Assembly (NCBI GenBank): GCA_965203805.1
Contig: OZ241917.1
Span: forward strand, 5,152,001-5,216,000
Direction of reading: 5' to 3'
DNA: 64,000 bases
Origin: Candidatus Latescibacterota bacterium
Lineage (GTDB): Bacteria; Latescibacterota; UBA2968; GCA-2709665
The translations under genes were made by a program, and so were the position numbers. Positions 60,031-64,000 of this stretch are shown here, piece by piece. How positions within the stretch are numbered: position 1 is the stretch's first letter; each line of letters starts with the position of its first letter. The notes beneath the pieces are model-generated. The model searched no databases and was not told where the DNA came from. It saw nothing but the letters and a program-made list of their open reading frames with translations.

Positions 60031-60954
60031 TTACTGGGGAACCGCAATCATGCGGATGTTCGAGGGCGCTTTCCACGCTGATGTCCAGGAAAGGCCTCGA
60101 TCCTGGCTGCCGAACAGGGTATCGCCAACTGCCGACCAGGCGCGGCCGTCGGGCGTGAAGCCAATGTGAAAGGTGTCGATGTTGCCCGCTGTGGTTTCGG
60201 GAAAGCCGTCGGTGACGTGCGACCAGTCGCGCCCGCCGTTATCGGTACGGTAGAGCTGACCCTGGGCGTCTCCGTGGGGCCCCGTGCTGACCGAGGCAAG
60301 AAGGCATTCCGGTTCGTCAGGGTGCACGGCGATGGCCCTGCCGTAGAAATAGGGAAAGCCGTCGGACCGGTGCAGCCAGGATCTCCCGCGGTCGTTGCTG
60401 AGGTAAACGGCACGGGCCGTGTTTGCGTACACCCGTTCGTCTTCCATGGACGACGTGGCAACCTGATGCACGTCCTGGTGCAGGTCCGGCGTGACGGGTT
60501 CCCAGGTGCGGCCCCGGTCGGGCGAACGCATGATGCTGCCCACGTGGATGTCGGCGTAGACCCAGCCGTCCCGTGTGGAGGCCATGCTGCGGACGGCCGC
60601 GGGGCCGCCCCATGGCGTGTACCAGTCGTCGCGGCATTCGAGGGCGTCGAAGGCGTCAAGACGCTCGGTCCCGCCGTCCGTCACGGCGTAAATGTGGGGA
60701 GCCTCCACGCCAACGAGGAAGCGCAGCGGTTCTTCTTCCAGAATGAGAAGGCATTCGATGGGGTCATCAATGCCGGTGGCGAGGGTTCGGGCGCCGGTTT
60801 GCGAAAGCACGGCGACCGCCCCGTCATCCCGGGCCGCCAGGCCGTGGGACCGCCCTTCCGCAATCGCCTGGACGTGGCCGCCATTCAGTACGGCCTGCGG
60901 TTCGGCCTGTTTCCCGTTCAGGGAATATACGGTGTCGCGGGTGGCGATTAACAT
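60031..60954 (-). CDS. BNR/Asp-box repeat beta-propeller protein
   Basis: SPDRGRTW, SNDRGRSW, TDNGGRDW and SQDRGLSW repeats; start MLIATRD after GAGAGGAG. Confidence 0.75.
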   Translation of the reverse strand: MLIATRDTVYSLNGKQAEPQAVLNGGHVQAIAEGRSHGLAARDDGAVAVLSQTGARTLATGIDDPIECLLILEEEPLRFLVGVEAPHIYAVTDGGTERLDAFDALECRDDWYTPWGGPAAVRSMASTRDGWVYADIHVGSIMRSPDRGRTWEPVTPDLHQDVHQVATSSMEDERVYANTARAVYLSNDRGRSWLHRSDGFPYFYGRAIAVHPDEPECLLASVSTGPHGDAQGQLYRTDNGGRDWSHVTDGFPETTAGNIDTFHIGFTPDGRAWSAVGDTLFGSQDRGLSWTSAWKAPSNIRMIAVPQ

Positions 60955-61216
60955 AGGTACTCCTCTCAAGTGTCCTGTCCCAAAAATACCTCACCATTCT
61001 TCCGCCGATTCATCCCGTCTCGCAGCGTTGCCTTCGCTCGCCGACCTGGCCAGGTCGCCTGCGCTCTGGCGCTGGGTCCAGAGCCTGTCGAAGGATGCGA
61101 GCCGGGCGACTCGACGGCCGAATTCAGGCAACTTATTTCCGGGACAGAACACCAGCAACGGATCGGCCGGCCGCCGTCCGCGACGGGATTTCATGGTCTG
61201 GCTGCGAGGCAGGGCC

Positions 61217-62332
61217 TCAAAAGTAGCGGACGTCCCGGCCGCCGTCCGGCAACGGCAGGTCGACCGCCCGGTGTTCGTCCGCGGCGCGATTCCAGGCCAG
61301 GCAGAGTTCCAGCACGTTGCGGGCGTGTTCCGGGGTCACGTCGAGAGGATGACTGTCGCGGACGGAGCGGACGAAGCGTTCGACCGCGGCGTCGATGGTG
61401 TCGTTCTGAGCGCGGTAGAACACGCGGGGAGCGCCGTCGTCGTCTTTGTGCCAGACAATGCCTTCCATCACATCCAGATGCGCACGGGCAACACCATCGG
61501 TGCCGACCACTTCCATCTCCCATGCCGGGGCGCCGCAGGAAACGTTGAAGATGATGTCCATGGATCCCATTCGCCCGTCTTCGAACCGGACGGTGCCCTT
61601 GCCGGTATCCATCCAGATGCTGTGAGGCGTGGCCAGGTTGTCGTATTCGGCATAGGCGCGCACGGCGGGTGAATCGATGAGCCAGAGTAGCAGGTCCGCG
61701 GCGTAGACGCCCAGAGAAAGCCCGATGCCGCCCTGTCCGGGGCCGAATTCACCGCTGCCTTCGAAAACCGTTCCCGGTCCGAAGCAGCCGTGTTGAATCC
61801 ATGCCCTCGACGAGATGACGCGTCCGACAGCCCCGTCCCGCACCCGGGTGGCCATCGCGCGGATGGCGCCGTCTTCCCGTCCGGGCAGCAGGGCGGACAG
61901 CAGCACGTTGTTTCGGCGGGCCGCGGCGACCATGGCGTCCGCGCCATCGAGGGTCATACACATCGGTTTGCTGATAAAGGCGTGGGCGCCCGCGTCCGCC
62001 GCGCTGGCTGCGTGCCGCGGCTTCAGCCTGTCCTCGCACGTCACGAAAACGAGGTCGAGCGACTCGGCGCGGACCATCTCCGGCACGGAGGCATACGCCC
62101 GGATGCCGTATTGGGCGCCGAACCCCTCCCTGGACCGCATGCCGAGTCTGCCGAGGGTTTCGTCGCTCTGGTCCAGATGCGCGAACGCCGCCAGGTCGAT
62201 GTCCGGATTTCGCATCGCGGTCCGGGCAAACGCGTTCGAATAGTAGGATCCGATGCCGCACACGCCGGCTCTAAGCGCCATGGGTACGATCTCCCCGTTC
62301 CTGGTGACGAGCGGCGCCGAATCGCGGATCAA
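61217..62332 (-). CDS. Gfo/Idh/MocA family oxidoreductase (start may be 62281)
   Basis: AGVCGIG Rossmann start, LDLVFV, HAFISKPM (EKP variant), typical C-terminal alpha/beta domain. Confidence 0.75.
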   Translation of the reverse strand: MIRDSAPLVTRNGEIVPMALRAGVCGIGSYYSNAFARTAMRNPDIDLAAFAHLDQSDETLGRLGMRSREGFGAQYGIRAYASVPEMVRAESLDLVFVTCEDRLKPRHAASAADAGAHAFISKPMCMTLDGADAMVAAARRNNVLLSALLPGREDGAIRAMATRVRDGAVGRVISSRAWIQHGCFGPGTVFEGSGEFGPGQGGIGLSLGVYAADLLLWLIDSPAVRAYAEYDNLATPHSIWMDTGKGTVRFEDGRMGSMDIIFNVSCGAPAWEMEVVGTDGVARAHLDVMEGIVWHKDDDGAPRVFYRAQNDTIDAAVERFVRSVRDSHPLDVTPEHARNVLELCLAWNRAADEHRAVDLPLPDGGRDVRYF

Positions 62333-62530
62333 CCCGCCGGTCGTCCCGTCCGTGACCGCACATCCACACGGCCGTTCGCGCGGGTATTCACGTTAAAATC
62401 AGCGGTATTGTCAAGCGCAATCGTTCACGCATGCGGTCTGGCGCGGGCGCGTGCCGCACCTGAATGGGACGGCGCCATGCTGTCGGGAAATGAAGGAGTT
62501 CCGTCCGGTAAACCGGTGACAGGAGGCTGA

Positions 62531-63973
62531 ATGAACGAAGCTGGAACGGGGATTCGACTGGAGACGGCGGATGACGCGCGGTTGCGCGCGGACCCATCGC
62601 CGGCCGGCAGCGACATTGACGAACGACTGTGTGAGATCCGGGAGCTCTTTTCGCAGGAGGCGTCCCTCTCCACGGATACCCTGTCGCGGTACGGACGCGC
62701 CTGGACGCGCAGCCACCTGCAGGTCGGGGATCTCAAACGGACGGTGGGACTCGCGAATCGGGCGCGGGACGAATTCGCCGCGCTGGTCACGGTGGGCGTC
62801 GGTGGATCCGACCTGAGCGCGCGGGTCTTCCACGACGTGCTCAACCCCGCATACCACAATCTCCTGGCCGTTGATGAAAGGGGCGGCGCGCCGGAAGTCT
62901 ACTTCGCGGGGGATACGTTCGATCCGCGACGGCTGGGGGCTCTGCTGGGGATGCTGGACCGGCGCGGGGTACTGGAACGCACCCTGTTTAACGTGATCAG
63001 CAAATCCGGGCGTACGGACGAGACCGTCAGCGCGCTGATGGTGGTGCGGGAATGGCTGTTGCGGCGCGCCCCCGGGAGCAGGAAAGACTGGCGTGGCTGC
63101 ATTGTGGCGACAACGGGGTCGGACGCAGGGAGCGCGCTGTATGTATTGCACAGGCAACGTCCGTTCTACGGCGACACGTTGCTGCCCGTGCCCGATGGGG
63201 TGGGAGGCAGGTTTTCGGCATTCTCGCCCGTGGGGACGTTCTTCCTGGCGATGACAGCCGGAAACGGGACGTCACCCGGTTCGCGCGTAAGGGACCTGCT
63301 CGGCGGCGTCGCGTGGGCGGACGCGCGATGGGGCCTTCCCCGGCAGGACGAGCGAAACATCGCCTTTCGCCTTGCCCGGTGGCTGCATCTCCACGAGCGG
63401 TATGGCCGGATGCGTGCGCTGGTGTTCTACAATTTCGCGGACAACCGGCGCCTGGGAGACTGGTTCCAGCAGCTGTACGACGAATCGCTGCAGGAACGGG
63501 GCGGCGGCCTCCACGTCGTTCCCGTCGTCGGACCGGCCGGCAGCCACTCCGTTCTGAACGGGATCGTCGGCGGCCCTGCGAACCGGGCGGTTCTCTTCGT
63601 TCACTGGGAGGACCTGGGGCGGGATCTGCAGATTCCGGACGGATCGGAAATCGGGAGCGAGACGGCGGCGTTCGCCGGGCTGCGTATGAGCCAGGCGCAG
63701 TCGGCCTCGTACCTCGGAACGTGCCGGGATTTTACCGCAAGGGGGATTCCGAACGCGACGCTGCACGTGGGACGGCGGGACGAGAGACACCTTGGCGCCC
63801 TGATGCGCGTACTGATGGATACCGTCGCGGTGAAGGGGCGCCTGCAGGGCCTGCACGTCAACGACGCGGGCGAAGTGGATCCCGCCGCCGATCTCACGTA
63901 TTCGCAGGTCGGGGTGGAAGGATATAAACAACGAACCCGCGATCAGTTCCTTCAATTGAAATCCGGGCGCTGA
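62531..63973 (+). CDS. pgi: Glucose-6-phosphate isomerase-like protein (divergent)
   Basis: GVGGSDL, VISKSGRTDET, VGGRFSAFSPVG, QLYDES, Q.GVEGYK. Confidence 0.7.
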   Translation: MNEAGTGIRLETADDARLRADPSPAGSDIDERLCEIRELFSQEASLSTDTLSRYGRAWTRSHLQVGDLKRTVGLANRARDEFAALVTVGVGGSDLSARVFHDVLNPAYHNLLAVDERGGAPEVYFAGDTFDPRRLGALLGMLDRRGVLERTLFNVISKSGRTDETVSALMVVREWLLRRAPGSRKDWRGCIVATTGSDAGSALYVLHRQRPFYGDTLLPVPDGVGGRFSAFSPVGTFFLAMTAGNGTSPGSRVRDLLGGVAWADARWGLPRQDERNIAFRLARWLHLHERYGRMRALVFYNFADNRRLGDWFQQLYDESLQERGGGLHVVPVVGPAGSHSVLNGIVGGPANRAVLFVHWEDLGRDLQIPDGSEIGSETAAFAGLRMSQAQSASYLGTCRDFTARGIPNATLHVGRRDERHLGALMRVLMDTVAVKGRLQGLHVNDAGEVDPAADLTYSQVGVEGYKQRTRDQFLQLKSGR

Positions 63974-64000
63974 CCCGGCGCCGCGGACCGGGATGGGTTT

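Overview
Bacterial, GC-rich chromosomal window. Gene content is reminiscent of Latescibacterota/FCB-type lineages, but taxonomy cannot be fixed from this sequence alone. (1) 1-26.4 kb is a long minus-strand run: ndk, yceD, rpmF, fabH, fabD, fabG, acpP, fabF, rnc and a lipoate ligase. It continues into an uncharacterised module (GlmL/MutL-like ASKHA ATPase, a barrel-sandwich/KOW protein, a DUF6754-like protein and membrane proteins) interleaved with an Opp/Dpp ABC transporter. It ends with a peptidase/TolB/beta-barrel protein, a UbiA prenyltransferase and a DUF362 gene. (2) 26.4-33 kb is a repeat-rich stretch with a penicillin acylase, a GATase and a duplicated small membrane gene. (3) 33-50 kb is an AT-richer defence island (GmrSD-like, NDT/TIR-like effector, vsr remnant, Type ISP-like RM, HEPN, HNH, Type II RM). 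Four of its genes are each cleanly split by an IS (three IS630, one other DDE element). (4) 50.5-56.8 kb is a four-gene plus-strand operon: fatty acyl-CoA reductase, atypical acyltransferase, alkyl-DHAP synthase and a DHRS7B-like SDR. It mirrors the complete eukaryotic peroxisomal ether-lipid pathway and is the strongest candidate for an undescribed system. (5) bioD, bioA, acetamidase, a beta-propeller protein, a Gfo/Idh/MocA oxidoreductase and a divergent pgi. All family calls come from motif recognition by eye; no searches were run.
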